Positions 35,801 to 44,300 are shown, counted from the first letter of the stretch. The stretch is DNA of 63,174 nucleotides from a virus (IMGVR_UViG_3300018405_000018:1-63174); one strand, 5' to 3'. A program made the numbers and translations. The notes: generated by a model not told the origin, from the sequence alone.

Positions 35801-36811
35801 ACCGGCAAGAGCGCTATCACCCTTCTCACCTTTGCCGCCGAGCCCTTGGTCAAAGATGATTGTGTGACGACCGATCACACGAGCAACAGGTGCTTTCGCG
35901 ATGTTAAAAACAACAACGTCTGTTGTGTGTGGATCGGTCTCAGTTAGTTGGCCGCCTGTAGAAACCCACAGAGGAGCACCAACGACATGCCAGTTCCACT
36001 CCGGGTTAGTGATTGTTCCTTGTACTACAAATGTGCCAACATCATCACGCTGAACACCCTGCATTGCAATCGCGATGGCGCTATTTTGCAGGTCGTGGTA
36101 TGACGCGAGAGCAGTTCTGCCAAAATCAACAAACTTAACAACTTGATAGCCAGCGATATTCTCAATAGGCGATGCTGTTAGGACGTTTGCTTCTAGGCGA
36201 ATCGTGTTGATTGGTGAGCCATTAACGAAGAAATCATCTTCGGTGGTGAAGAACTGATTGTTGCTCTTTGTGATCGGGCGGCCTGTGTTGTCAACGATGA
36301 TCCTTCCGACGTTGACTTGCTCACCTTGAATACCAACTTGTGTTCCGTCAAATCTACCAGAAGTGCTGAGAACACTAACGCTGATGAATGTAGCAGATCC
36401 TGGATTGTATTCAGCAGCAAAAACACGAATCTTTTCTTGCCAGCGGGCACCATTCCATACCTTCATCACGTTGTAGCCGGTGTCAAACCAGTGTTGGTCA
36501 ACTTCAGGGCTAGCAGGCGCGGACGGTTGGAACATCGGCTCAATATCCGTAAAGCCGAATGTTCTAGCACCTGTCAGATTGTTAATGTCCCAGTACAGCC
36601 AAACAGGGTAAGGATCGGTGAAGGGGCCCCAGGCATTTGAAACTGAAGTGGCTTCTGTGAGAAGGTAGTTTGACTGCTTGTGAGCAAAAGCAACATCTGT
36701 AACGCCGTTTGTTGTACTCAGTGAGACATACTGGCCTGTAGGGGCAAGAAATTGCTGGGCACCGCCTGATGACGGATATGAAATGATACCCTGACGGAAG
36801 TTGATAATCAT
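32807..36811 (-). CDS. Long fibre protein with PTTLAGYGITDA repeats
   Basis: About seven W.(A/G)IT.RPTTLAGYGITDA-type repeats; duplicated TF.V.SQ.EML.L.A..GD and GGP.T..G.ISLSLA.DLAA.EN modules; GGTG motifs. Confidence 0.85.
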   Translation of the reverse strand: MIINFRQGIISYPSSGGAQQFLAPTGQYVSLSTTNGVTDVAFAHKQSNYLLTEATSVSNAWGPFTDPYPVWLYWDINNLTGARTFGFTDIEPMFQPSAPASPEVDQHWFDTGYNVMKVWNGARWQEKIRVFAAEYNPGSATFISVSVLSTSGRFDGTQVGIQGEQVNVGRIIVDNTGRPITKSNNQFFTTEDDFFVNGSPINTIRLEANVLTASPIENIAGYQVVKFVDFGRTALASYHDLQNSAIAIAMQGVQRDDVGTFVVQGTITNPEWNWHVVGAPLWVSTGGQLTETDPHTTDVVVFNIAKAPVARVIGRHTIIFDQGLGGKGEKGDSALAGGGVGEAATQFELGKVKLTATPTDPGSPYAVETNDPRLSDPRLPLPHTHTAEDVIPAPFGANITGTVQSSLQNLESAKVGRAGDTMTGPLLLSGNPTHDLAAAPKQYVDLFVEKSQRGAANGVATLDATGKITISQLPPMAISNTFVVSSQTEMLSLTAQTGDLAVRTDQGITYVLRGSNPTLIGDWQELLTRPDGVVWVNVTPAAGQQGIVTTGGPVTSSGTISLSLANDLAALENISGTGVAHRIGIDTWEVRPVDLNAGSGIVVGVLPMGNGGTGLSSVSGYLKGNGTTYSVLNQIPGSDISGTVPAASSVAWTGITGRPTTISGYGITDAYTRVQTDALTWNWSAITNRPTSYIGYGITDIYSKTEVDTFLATKANVATTLAGYGITDAAPLAHNHRLELLEDVNTSVKNVGDILHWNGTNWSALGLDNAALPTVISGKTFDDTNTTTVRDANFTVVDALDVTKRFKFEAGNITSGSTITYNMPNSIGTIALTNGFGAFGNWNINAASANTVPWAGITGRPTTLAGYGITDAYTQTQVNALTWNWSAIINRPTTLAGYGITDAYTQAQTQALTWNWSAITNRPTTLAGYGIINAYTKAEVDAKTWNWSAITNTPTTLAGYGITDAAPLIHNHDGVYLKPVDIGVTVAGLDMTGKVPAVQLPDYVRTRTFTVTTQAEMLGLSATRGDIVIRSDLSSTFILVNEDPTNIANWAQIIFPQGGNGTVTSVNVTTTSPGLAISGGPITTAGSISLSLADDLAAVENLSTTGYVVRTAANTWGTVNDIPAAQITGVLTIAQGGTGASTAPAALSNLGGVPLNGTGATGTWDISILGNASTVTNGVYTNGSYADPIWITSLHPNKVVATWNGSTNLNQVDSEVTFGDVTVVRNGKFTHNSNLPIMVDSFAIAQFTAGKYLVNVRNYGSEDTCLAELYAAYDDAGNVYLTHTSVGTAFVQWSALYNSTLAQVEIYAETTITTPFTANTTFKYNATLFMNDII

Positions 36812-36840
36812 GTGAATCTGCCTCGCTTTACGTTATTCTG

Positions 36841-36847
36841 TATTTAT
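36841..36847 (-). promoter_or_regulatory. T4-type late promoter
   Basis: gATAAATA upstream of 36811; divergent partner at 36891. Confidence 0.7.
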
Positions 36848-36890
36848 CAACAGACACAAGGCAGATTGGTGTATACTATTGTGAATATGG

Positions 36891-36897
36891 ATAAATA
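36891..36897 (+). promoter_or_regulatory. T4-type late promoter
   Basis: gATAAATA upstream of 36920, followed by a GGAG SD. Confidence 0.7.
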
Positions 36898-36919
36898 ACA
36901 TTCACCGTGGAGACAAACG

Positions 36920-37684
36920 ATGTCAGAACAATCAAACAATGAAAACTTGCCTGCAACATTCAGCTTTCTGTTAGACGGCTATAAAGACGCTACCGTGGAT
37001 GTATTAACTCGAGTTGTGATCGAAGGTGCTGTTAACGGAGGTGGAGTAATAGTAAAAGCAACGCTCAACGATGACGGTTGCTGGACTGCCCTAATCCCCA
37101 AAACCATTCCTGAAGGATCGTATGATGCTGTTGTTGAAGTGGTGAGCAACGACCGTCTAACATTTCCGTTAAAGTGCCGAATTAAACTAAACAACCACAC
37201 AGTTGCTGTAGTAACACAACCCATCCACACAACAGAATTAACGGAGGCACAGTTCGTCAACAGCGGGACATCACACGTTGCTGGTCCAGAGGAACCCGTC
37301 GATACAAAGCCACAAAAACCTGAAAGACCTATCGAAAACAAACTGCGTTACTCGCCAGGTCAGAACAACGATGAAGCAATCGATCACGATGCATTGAATA
37401 GTGCCAGGACCAAAGAGATTGCCTCCCGTGTTACCAGCGTGCAAGGTCCGCAATTACCGTTCAATGATGATAACAGTGTGAGGGACGCCATCAAAAAGGC
37501 AATCCAAAGCAGTTTTCCTGTTACCAGAACAAAGGCGGAAGGTAAGGGCAAGCTGTTTGATGCTAAGACAAAACATCGTTTAACCAGAAGCCCGAAATAC
37601 GCGGCTGAGGCTGTTGAAGAAGAGAAACGGGAAGTAGAGAAACAAAAACGCTCACGCAAAGTGAGAGAAGTTCTCGGTCTCTAA
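36920..37684 (+). CDS. Hypothetical late protein
   Basis: 254-aa ORF with SD and late promoter; beta-rich N-terminus, charged C-terminus. Confidence 0.65.
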   Translation: MSEQSNNENLPATFSFLLDGYKDATVDVLTRVVIEGAVNGGGVIVKATLNDDGCWTALIPKTIPEGSYDAVVEVVSNDRLTFPLKCRIKLNNHTVAVVTQPIHTTELTEAQFVNSGTSHVAGPEEPVDTKPQKPERPIENKLRYSPGQNNDEAIDHDALNSARTKEIASRVTSVQGPQLPFNDDNSVRDAIKKAIQSSFPVTRTKAEGKGKLFDAKTKHRLTRSPKYAAEAVEEEKREVEKQKRSRKVREVLGL

Positions 37685-38211
37685 CTAACGATACGCTGTT
37701 GTTTCAGATGTTGAACAACACGCATGAGATGTTTACATATCCCGGGCAGATTTGATGGATTTGCTTCCGGTCTGTTGCTGCCTGGCACTTTCTGATACTG
37801 TGGTGGAGGTTCGCCAGCCAGACTGTCGTCTTGGTGGTTGTGAGGAGCAAACCTAAACCGAAAGTCCATGCATGAACAAGCTACACGAGACGTTTCTGCC
37901 GTCAGTTTAATCGGCTGAACACCAACTTCTTGATCGGGCAGTGGAACTAAGTTTGGCTCACCATTCTGACCGAATCGGACGCGGTATAGAATGATCCTTT
38001 GTGTATGGGCGTTCCCTGACCTTGATCTTGTTCTGGTATCGATAGTCAGTTCGTTTTTAGGAACGTTTGGAGCATAAACAATCCCAGGCAATACAGTAAC
38101 ACTACCAACATCATTCTGACGCTTGCGAGTGTTGGGGAATGCTTGACGTGCTTTGGCGTCAAGCTGTGGGATTGTCGAGGCTTCTACCAGCCACTGTTTG
38201 AATGTTAGCAT
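37681..38211 (-). CDS. SWIM-type zinc-finger protein, probable internal head protein
   Basis: CSC..F...GICKH (CxCx(n)CxH). N-terminal MLTFKQWLVE resembles the T4 capsid-targeting sequence. Confidence 0.7.
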   Translation of the reverse strand: MLTFKQWLVEASTIPQLDAKARQAFPNTRKRQNDVGSVTVLPGIVYAPNVPKNELTIDTRTRSRSGNAHTQRIILYRVRFGQNGEPNLVPLPDQEVGVQPIKLTAETSRVACSCMDFRFRFAPHNHQDDSLAGEPPPQYQKVPGSNRPEANPSNLPGICKHLMRVVQHLKQQRIVS

Positions 38212-38234
38212 AAACACACCGCGATCATGTGTGC

Positions 38235-38750
38235 TTATTTATTCTCCAGGTTGTGATTACTGACAATCACCCGATCAAACTCGCCAGCAGCAGGGCGCTC
38301 AAGGCGACCGTACTGGTCGCGAACAGCATCTGCTTTGACATTCTTATCACCACGTGTTTGCTGACGAGCAATGATCGTCTCAAGATCAACAGGCATCTCA
38401 ATGCCAACAACACGGTATCCGGCACGGCGAGCAATGTCAATGTAGAACTTCCTCCGCTTGACAGTCAGGTTCGTGTTGTCAACGTAGATGTCGTTGCCTG
38501 ACTTGATCATCTGGCGGAACACAGCATATGCTTTGTTGTTGAACTCTTTGTCTTCTGTCGACAGCCTAAATGCCCGCGCGTAGTTTTCTTGATCGTACCA
38601 TTGATGGCGGAGATCGTCAAACGAGAATGAATCAATCTGACGGTCCGGATTTTCTGCGCGCAGTTTTTTCAGGAACGTAGATTTGCCTGAACCACTAGCT
38701 CCTATCGGAATCCAGATTGTGGGATGCATATTCAATTCAGATAGTTTCAT
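38235..38750 (-). CDS. P-loop kinase (AAA_33 / polynucleotide-kinase-like)
   Basis: Walker A GASGSGKS, SFDDLR, YVDNTNL, R..R lid motif. Confidence 0.8.
   Translation of the reverse strand: MKLSELNMHPTIWIPIGASGSGKSTFLKKLRAENPDRQIDSFSFDDLRHQWYDQENYARAFRLSTEDKEFNNKAYAVFRQMIKSGNDIYVDNTNLTVKRRKFYIDIARRAGYRVVGIEMPVDLETIIARQQTRGDKNVKADAVRDQYGRLERPAAGEFDRVIVSNHNLENK
38236..38242 (-). promoter_or_regulatory. Late promoter embedded in the kinase 3' end (AAT AAA TAA)
   Basis: ATAAATA ~25 nt upstream of ATG 38211. Confidence 0.6.
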
Positions 38751-39270
38751 TTAGTTGTGCCTTCCACCATAGGTATATTTGTTCAAACTCTTCAAATGTA
38801 GCGTCAGTTTTAATCTTGTTTGCCCGGAATGATATATATCTTACATTCCCTTTGACATATCCTTTCGTTGAATCAAATCTATCAAGACTTGCTCGTTCGG
38901 CGTCTTGAATGTTAGGTTCACCAAAACCAAAGCGTATTGGCGTGTTTGTTATCGGACACACACCTGTCCATATACTCGCAAGGTAATCAACGTCAAGATT
39001 GTTTTCCCAACCTTCTGTTTTAGACCTGTATTTTACTTGATTCAAAGTTTGTTGAAAAGGATTATCTTTCCGTCGTTGCTTTTGATATTCTTTGTCTCGT
39101 TCTTTGTATTCCAGTCGGTTTCTACTTCGTTTGTGTCCTTCGAGATATTTGTCGCGGCATTCTGCCCGCCACCGCCTCGAGTTTTGTTTCATTCTTTCCA
39201 GATTGCCGGGCTTGGACTTCCATTTGTCCCGATATTGCTTTTGTTTTGCTTTCTTCTCTTCATCAGTCAT
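38737..39270 (-). CDS. Free-standing HNH-like (His-Me finger) homing endonuclease
   Basis: Basic helical N-terminus plus CPI...SLDRFDSTKGYVKGNVRYISFRANKIK, typical of phage HNH-like endonucleases. Confidence 0.8.
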   Translation of the reverse strand: MTDEEKKAKQKQYRDKWKSKPGNLERMKQNSRRWRAECRDKYLEGHKRSRNRLEYKERDKEYQKQRRKDNPFQQTLNQVKYRSKTEGWENNLDVDYLASIWTGVCPITNTPIRFGFGEPNIQDAERASLDRFDSTKGYVKGNVRYISFRANKIKTDATFEEFEQIYLWWKAQLNETI

Positions 39271-39294
39271 TTCGTTCTCCTCCCTGTGTTATGT

Positions 39295-39301
39295 TATTTA
39301 T
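39295..39301 (-). promoter_or_regulatory. T4-type late promoter of the endonuclease gene
   Basis: cATAAATA upstream of 39270, followed by a GGGGAGG SD. Confidence 0.7.
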
Positions 39302-39308
39302 GGGAGGT

Positions 39309-39366
39309 ACACAAAATTCAACTATCGTCAGAACACAAAATTCAACTATCGCTCAGAACACAAAAT
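39309..39366. repeat. ~24-nt direct repeat (TCAGAACACAAAATTCAACTATCG) duplicating the terL stop region
   Basis: Copies at 39309-39327 (partial), 39328-39351 and 39353-39366 (partial, = terL 3' end). Confidence 0.85.
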
Positions 39367-40876
39367 CCATACCATAATCGTTTTCGTCGTAATCGTCAAC
39401 AGGTTTGTATGCGTGAGCGTACAATTTGTCATACGCGTCTTGGTCGTATGTGCTGATTTCGCTCAACAACCGGAGAACAATCAAGCAGGCAGAGATGTTG
39501 TCGTCTGTCCCGCCAACTTTTGCTGCGTATGATCCTGCTTTGCGGGTGAACATCTTCATCTCCGCAAGCGTGATCTGTGAGTTCACTTTCATAGCGGCTC
39601 GCTCGATCATCTCTTTCATCAGTAAGCACGCGGACATCTTAGATTTGCCTGTCGTTGTCATCCCTTTGCGGTTCTGCCCTGTCTCAGAAACAAACTCTGC
39701 GGCCGCTGGTGGGTTCTCGTCAGCCTCATACAGCGCAATGATCGCTTCACCAACGCCGTTGTTCTCAACAGAGAAATAGACGTTCGCATTGACCTTCTCA
39801 AGCAGTGCGAGCACTTTTTTCAGTTGATGATATGTCATCACGGAAGACATTGTGTTCGACCGCCACTCGGCTACCTGTTCGAGGCTCGGGAAATCAAACA
39901 CCTGGATAGCGGCGTAATCGGCGCCAGAACCCGTTGCCGGATCGACGCCGACAAGGTAGGTCCCATTTTGTTGTGGTTGCTTGAAAAACACAACATCACC
40001 GATTGTTCCAACAGGCTTGATATCCTTGATTGCGGCTGTAAGGTTAGAGAGAACGATTGTGTCAAACAGTAGTGGGTCATTGGACAAGAACTCGTTTTCG
40101 TATTCTTGACGCCAACGGACCTCGCCAATCTTTGCCATCTCTTTCTTCTTGAACTCTTCATCACGGCCTGGCGGCTCATTCCACTTGACTTCAACAGCCT
40201 TGAAACCGTTTGCTTGCAGAACGGCACCGCGCCACAGTTGAGCGTACAGGTTTGCGTCTCCGTTCGGCGTTGATGCGATGATGCACGCGCCACCAGTAGC
40301 AAGCGTAGGAGCAATAGATGTCCAGAATTCGGTCTGAATGCTTTCACGAACAAACGCAAATTCGTCCAGGAACAGCAGAGAGATAGACATACCACGACCT
40401 GTGTTCTCTGATGTCGCTTGCGAGTGGATACGACTGCCGTTGTCAAACCCAAGGCTGTGCTTGTTATAGCCGTCAGCAGCGAGACCTGGCTTCAACCAAT
40501 GAGGCAGTCGCTCATAGACGAACTTGATCCGATAGATCATCTCCATCGCGTTATCGTTCTTGTTTGACGCGATCAGGATTGTCTTCTCAAAGTGGAAGAT
40601 CGCATACCACAACAGGTAGATACACGACATTGTTGACTTGCCGGTTTGGCGAGCAGATAGAACGATTGTATTTCTGTTATCACGAAAGTCATATAGCATC
40701 CGCTTTTGATACGGATACAATTCAACAGGGACGGAGCCCTTGACGGGGTGTTGAATGTGGCAATACCTCTCAGCAAAGTATACAGGGTCGGTCATACATT
40801 TCTGTATTTCCAGCACCTGTTCTGCTGTGTATTCCATTACATGATTTGCGTCTTTCAGGTATGGGTTTTTGGCCAT
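39353..40876 (-). CDS. gp17: Terminase large subunit
   Basis: LYPYQ, Walker A SARQTGKS, Walker [15 protein letters not shown], nuclease [15 protein letters not shown]. Confidence 0.97.
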   Translation of the reverse strand: MAKNPYLKDANHVMEYTAEQVLEIQKCMTDPVYFAERYCHIQHPVKGSVPVELYPYQKRMLYDFRDNRNTIVLSARQTGKSTMSCIYLLWYAIFHFEKTILIASNKNDNAMEMIYRIKFVYERLPHWLKPGLAADGYNKHSLGFDNGSRIHSQATSENTGRGMSISLLFLDEFAFVRESIQTEFWTSIAPTLATGGACIIASTPNGDANLYAQLWRGAVLQANGFKAVEVKWNEPPGRDEEFKKKEMAKIGEVRWRQEYENEFLSNDPLLFDTIVLSNLTAAIKDIKPVGTIGDVVFFKQPQQNGTYLVGVDPATGSGADYAAIQVFDFPSLEQVAEWRSNTMSSVMTYHQLKKVLALLEKVNANVYFSVENNGVGEAIIALYEADENPPAAAEFVSETGQNRKGMTTTGKSKMSACLLMKEMIERAAMKVNSQITLAEMKMFTRKAGSYAAKVGGTDDNISACLIVLRLLSEISTYDQDAYDKLYAHAYKPVDDYDENDYGMDFVF

Positions 40877-40908
40877 CTGTGTAATCCTTCGGTTTTAGTG
40901 GGGTAGCG

Positions 40909-40915
40909 TATTTAT
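40909..40915 (-). promoter_or_regulatory. T4-type late promoter of terL
   Basis: aATAAATA inside the loop of a 7-bp inverted repeat (40899-40922). Confidence 0.65.
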
Positions 40916-40938
40916 TACCCCATTTTCCACCGTGACCT

Positions 40939-41967
40939 TTATGCGAGTGTTACTTTGATCCCAACACGCATAGCGCCACCGGAGGGACCGCCGTATGTTG
41001 CGATCTTGAACCCGCGCAGTGCTGGCAGAGGTGGCAGTTTCAGTGGGTTAGGTTCATATTCCGTGTGATAAATTACAGGATCCCCACTTGATGGGCTGAC
41101 AGCAAAATAGTTGTCACCGCCTTCAGCAAAGTGATCAATCAGCAGCTGGCGCATCGCTTGCAGAGCACCAGCATCAACAATGTTAAACTCACTCGGCAAC
41201 TTTCCTGACTTTCCTGTTCCTTCGTCGCCAGGGAACCCGATCGTAGGATCTTTTTGTTTGTATTCATCAACAAGCTGCGTGAAGTCACCAACACGACCTT
41301 TCGTCAAGACAGAAGCAAAGTGGTCAAGTATCTCAACCTTCACTCCACGTCGAACAGACTTGTCAAAGAATGTGATTGGTGCTTTCGGATTGCTCGCTCC
41401 TTTAATCTCAAACTGGATCGATTTGCCGTACACTTTGACAATCAGGTCAGCAACAGTACTTCCTTTCTTTGCTGTGGATACAAACTCGTAGTTCTCTTCA
41501 CCAACCATATCCTTGACATACTCAGCAATAGAGTTTTGAGCATTTGCACCAGTGCCAACTCGCGACTGGTTTTTTCCTGCTGGTTTGGTTACCTTAGATA
41601 GTTGAATATAACCAAGAAAGTCTTCGGGCTCAGGAGAAACAACGCTAACCTTAGCGTATACACCTGAACCATCAGCAGCACCAATGTCTTTACCACGTGC
41701 AAGTTTACCAGGCCGTGTTAGATACACACGGTCACCTTGTGCAACGTCAACCTTCGTGCCGTCTGGTTTGATGATTTTGGATGGTTGGTTTACGACAAAT
41801 CCCCGTTCGTTGTGTTCTGATGCTACATAGTTTGTTCGCTCGCCAACACTATTGAATTGTTCATTACCATCGCTTGGGAAATTCTTTGGTGTAAACGACG
41901 TCTCATGCAACTCATAGAAGTGTTCAGACAATGGGGTGTATAGTCGGTCAAGGCGATAAAATCTCAT
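40939..41967 (-). CDS. Putative PD-(D/E)XK nuclease-fold protein between terS and terL
   Basis: Motif STVADLIV...IQFEIKG resembles D-x(n)-E-x-K; has its own late promoter. Confidence 0.6.
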   Translation of the reverse strand: MRFYRLDRLYTPLSEHFYELHETSFTPKNFPSDGNEQFNSVGERTNYVASEHNERGFVVNQPSKIIKPDGTKVDVAQGDRVYLTRPGKLARGKDIGAADGSGVYAKVSVVSPEPEDFLGYIQLSKVTKPAGKNQSRVGTGANAQNSIAEYVKDMVGEENYEFVSTAKKGSTVADLIVKVYGKSIQFEIKGASNPKAPITFFDKSVRRGVKVEILDHFASVLTKGRVGDFTQLVDEYKQKDPTIGFPGDEGTGKSGKLPSEFNIVDAGALQAMRQLLIDHFAEGGDNYFAVSPSSGDPVIYHTEYEPNPLKLPPLPALRGFKIATYGGPSGGAMRVGIKVTLA

Positions 41968-41991
41968 AACGATTCCAGTATAAGTGGTGTT

Positions 41992-42435
41992 TTATTTATC
42001 TGTCCTGTTGCCCATCAGCGTCCGCAAAATCTCATTGCGATCAGCAACGATCAAGTTTTGGTTCAGCGTTTGTGGCGTCCCTGCAGTTTTTGCTGTCACG
42101 CCTAACTTATCCTTGTGCTCTTTCATCATCCGCTTTTCACGAACCGCGCCAAGAGCAACGTTGAGCATCGTCGCCGTAACTTCACCAATACGCGCCTTGA
42201 ACTTCCCTTCTACGCGTTCCATTTCGTCGCCAATCACCTCGACTTGGCCCATCGCTACGGCATAGATTTCTTCAAGTTTTTCTTCAATCTCGCCGTCTTT
42301 CTCGTCGTAGCCAACAGCGGGCAGAATTTCTGTAGGGACGACCTCTGTGTATTCAACCGGTGTTGTTCCAGGCTCAATGTCAAACTCCACTTCTAGTGGG
42401 TGCTCAACGATCTTTTCTTTCTTGACGACTTTCAT
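41992..42435 (-). CDS. gp16: Terminase small subunit (probable)
   Basis: 147-aa helical protein with ARIGEVTATMLNVAL and C-terminal NQNLIVADRNEIL, a pattern typical of gp16 homologues; lies upstream of terL. Confidence 0.7.
   Translation of the reverse strand: MKVVKKEKIVEHPLEVEFDIEPGTTPVEYTEVVPTEILPAVGYDEKDGEIEEKLEEIYAVAMGQVEVIGDEMERVEGKFKARIGEVTATMLNVALGAVREKRMMKEHKDKLGVTAKTAGTPQTLNQNLIVADRNEILRTLMGNRTDK
41993..41999 (-). promoter_or_regulatory. Late promoter embedded in the terS 3' end (GAT AAA TAA)
   Basis: ATAAATA ~26 nt upstream of 41967. Confidence 0.6.
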
Positions 42436-42442
42436 AAGTTCC

Positions 42443-42880
42443 TCACTTGAAGATTGTTTTCTCTGTCAGCACACGGAACTTTAGTCGTCGAGCCTCGCAC
42501 CATTTCTGCGCTGCTTCCCACTTTGCCATATTCTGAACGTACGTCAGGTTTTCAAACAACTGCGTCCGTGGGTTCCTTGACCTAGACTGCTTTGTTTGGT
42601 GGAGAGGCTTGACCTCAACAATCTCCTTGATTATTTCCCCATCTTTAGTTATATATTCACAAAAATAATCAGGATAATAATTTGCCATCCGTTTCTTTAC
42701 AGGGTTATAGTACGGAATTGCAATCTCTTCGCTTCCCCAGTGGAGAATCTGTGGGTTGTTGTCAAAAAACTTGTGAACTTCCAATTCCCAGCTGGATCGA
42801 TAGACAATCTTCGTAACATCGCCTATGTACTTTTCTGGATGCTTCGGCTGAAAGTATCCTTGTTTGTACTTAAATGCCAT
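42443..42880 (-). CDS. gp4: Head completion nuclease (TnsA-like)
   Basis: P.HPEKYIGD..IVYRSSWE...WGSEEIAIPY...YYPD...EVKP..Q...NMAKWEAA. Confidence 0.95.
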   Translation of the reverse strand: MAFKYKQGYFQPKHPEKYIGDVTKIVYRSSWELEVHKFFDNNPQILHWGSEEIAIPYYNPVKKRMANYYPDYFCEYITKDGEIIKEIVEVKPLHQTKQSRSRNPRTQLFENLTYVQNMAKWEAAQKWCEARRLKFRVLTEKTIFK

Positions 42881-44232
42881 CAGAAAATCTCATCAGAAAA
42901 TCTCCTCAGTGCTCCTGATACACCATCAACCGCACTAGTGACAAAACTAGATATACTATTAAGACAGCCATTTCTCTTGATCCTGGCAGCATCTGTCTCA
43001 GCGTAGTTGATCTGACCGCGTGGTTGCGGATTGCCAACATGTCGAAGTGGATACAGCGCTGTGGCTAAAGCACCGAAATCTACTTTGTTCATAGCCACAT
43101 CGACTTCTGTGTGAACGCTATCATAGTTAAACTTCATTTCAACCATGTTGATATCACTGACTGCCATATCAAGATCATCTAGTTCAAAAGATGTAATTCT
43201 CGGGTTGATGAATGTGTAGATGTTGACTTTTCTTCCGTTGTCGTAAACGTGATACAGCTTGATCTCACGGATGATGTTCTTATTATCGTTTGCAAGAGGT
43301 CCTGTGGAACCAGCGCCGTTTGCTATTACAGGAACTTGTTGCTGTATTCCGGATACACGAGAGGACGAGAAGTTGCCAGCCATCCCTTCCATTTCAGCCA
43401 TGTCCATTTCTTTTGCTGAAGCATAGTTTAACACAGGGCTCATCGCACGAGTATACGCAGTATATAGAGCATGAACGCTGTTTCTACCATCATCGTAAAA
43501 CTCCATGTTCATCTCTTCAAACTCTGCTTTTGTCGTCACCTTAGTACGGAAGTTGTAGTAGTTAACATCTTCCATTGTGTACTTGACGGACGGTCTGGTC
43601 GACTGTTTGATCACAAACGCAAACTTCCTTTGGAAGTCTTGATCTTGCATATATTCAGGACTAAATGTGAATTGAACAACAAACAGAAACTTGTACTTTG
43701 GTAGCGCTCTGTCAAGATCAACAGCATATGGTGATGCTGACACTTTGTTTAGAACACCCTCAGATACTTCATTAAATGTTCTCAGCGTGTCAGCCCTAGC
43801 TACTCTATAAGCATCCTCGAGCGGTGGGCGGAAAATCGGAATATCGTTGATTGTAAACCGTCCATTCTTCACGCGATCAAACACGCCCTTTGCTGCTTCT
43901 GTTGCTGCTTCAGCGATCGTTTTGTTTCTCAGTTCACCAGTCTCTGGATCACGGATTTTTCCTTGTCCTGCTTTATAAAGTGCTTGTGAATTGATTCCTA
44001 ATGTGTCTAAAACCCACTTAACATCCGAGTTGATGTTGTCGATTGACACAGGCAACTTGCCGCCTTTTCCTAACGCTTGCGAAATTGACACGAGCGAACG
44101 AAGTCCTGATCCAACACGCGTTGCTGCTGGGTTGTTCGGATTGACGGCACGGCAGAACTCTGTCATTGCGTTTAGGCCGCGCGATGTAGAGATAGACCGT
44201 ACCGATCTACCGATGATGCGTCTTGGATCCAT
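42880..44232 (-). CDS. Baseplate tail-tube initiator/cap (gp48/gp54-like tube-fold protein)
   Basis: Start moved to ATG 44232 (MDPRR), after the late promoter. Tube-like motifs PKYKFLFVV.F, STRPSV...VNYYN, FYDD, NPRITSFELDDLD. Confidence 0.75.
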   Translation of the reverse strand: MDPRRIIGRSVRSISTSRGLNAMTEFCRAVNPNNPAATRVGSGLRSLVSISQALGKGGKLPVSIDNINSDVKWVLDTLGINSQALYKAGQGKIRDPETGELRNKTIAEAATEAAKGVFDRVKNGRFTINDIPIFRPPLEDAYRVARADTLRTFNEVSEGVLNKVSASPYAVDLDRALPKYKFLFVVQFTFSPEYMQDQDFQRKFAFVIKQSTRPSVKYTMEDVNYYNFRTKVTTKAEFEEMNMEFYDDGRNSVHALYTAYTRAMSPVLNYASAKEMDMAEMEGMAGNFSSSRVSGIQQQVPVIANGAGSTGPLANDNKNIIREIKLYHVYDNGRKVNIYTFINPRITSFELDDLDMAVSDINMVEMKFNYDSVHTEVDVAMNKVDFGALATALYPLRHVGNPQPRGQINYAETDAARIKRNGCLNSISSFVTSAVDGVSGALRRFSDEIF

Positions 44233-44260
44233 TATATGTCCCTGTGAATACCGTTTAGGG

Positions 44261-44268
44261 TATTTATA
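44261..44268 (-). promoter_or_regulatory. T4 late promoter (canonical TATAAATA)
   Basis: Directly after the tube-gene terminator. Confidence 0.8.
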
Positions 44269-44272
44269 AAAA

Positions 44273-44300
44273 GGAAAAGGCGACCGAAGTCGCCTTTTCC
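44273..44300 (-). terminator. Rho-independent terminator after the tail tube gene
   Basis: GGAAAAGGCGAC-ttcg-GTCGCCTTTTCC then TTTTT on the minus strand; C(UUCG)G loop. Confidence 0.85.

Noticed and set aside
1-36811. Diversity-generating retroelement or invertible shufflon acting on fibre tips
   Set aside because: No reverse transcriptase or recombinase is in the window, all fibre genes are co-oriented, and I saw no template/variable repeat pair with adenine-specific differences. A trans-acting element elsewhere cannot be excluded.
39353-40876. Intein or intron in terL, portal or capsid genes
   Set aside because: Lengths are ordinary and motifs are contiguous. The nearby endonucleases are free-standing.
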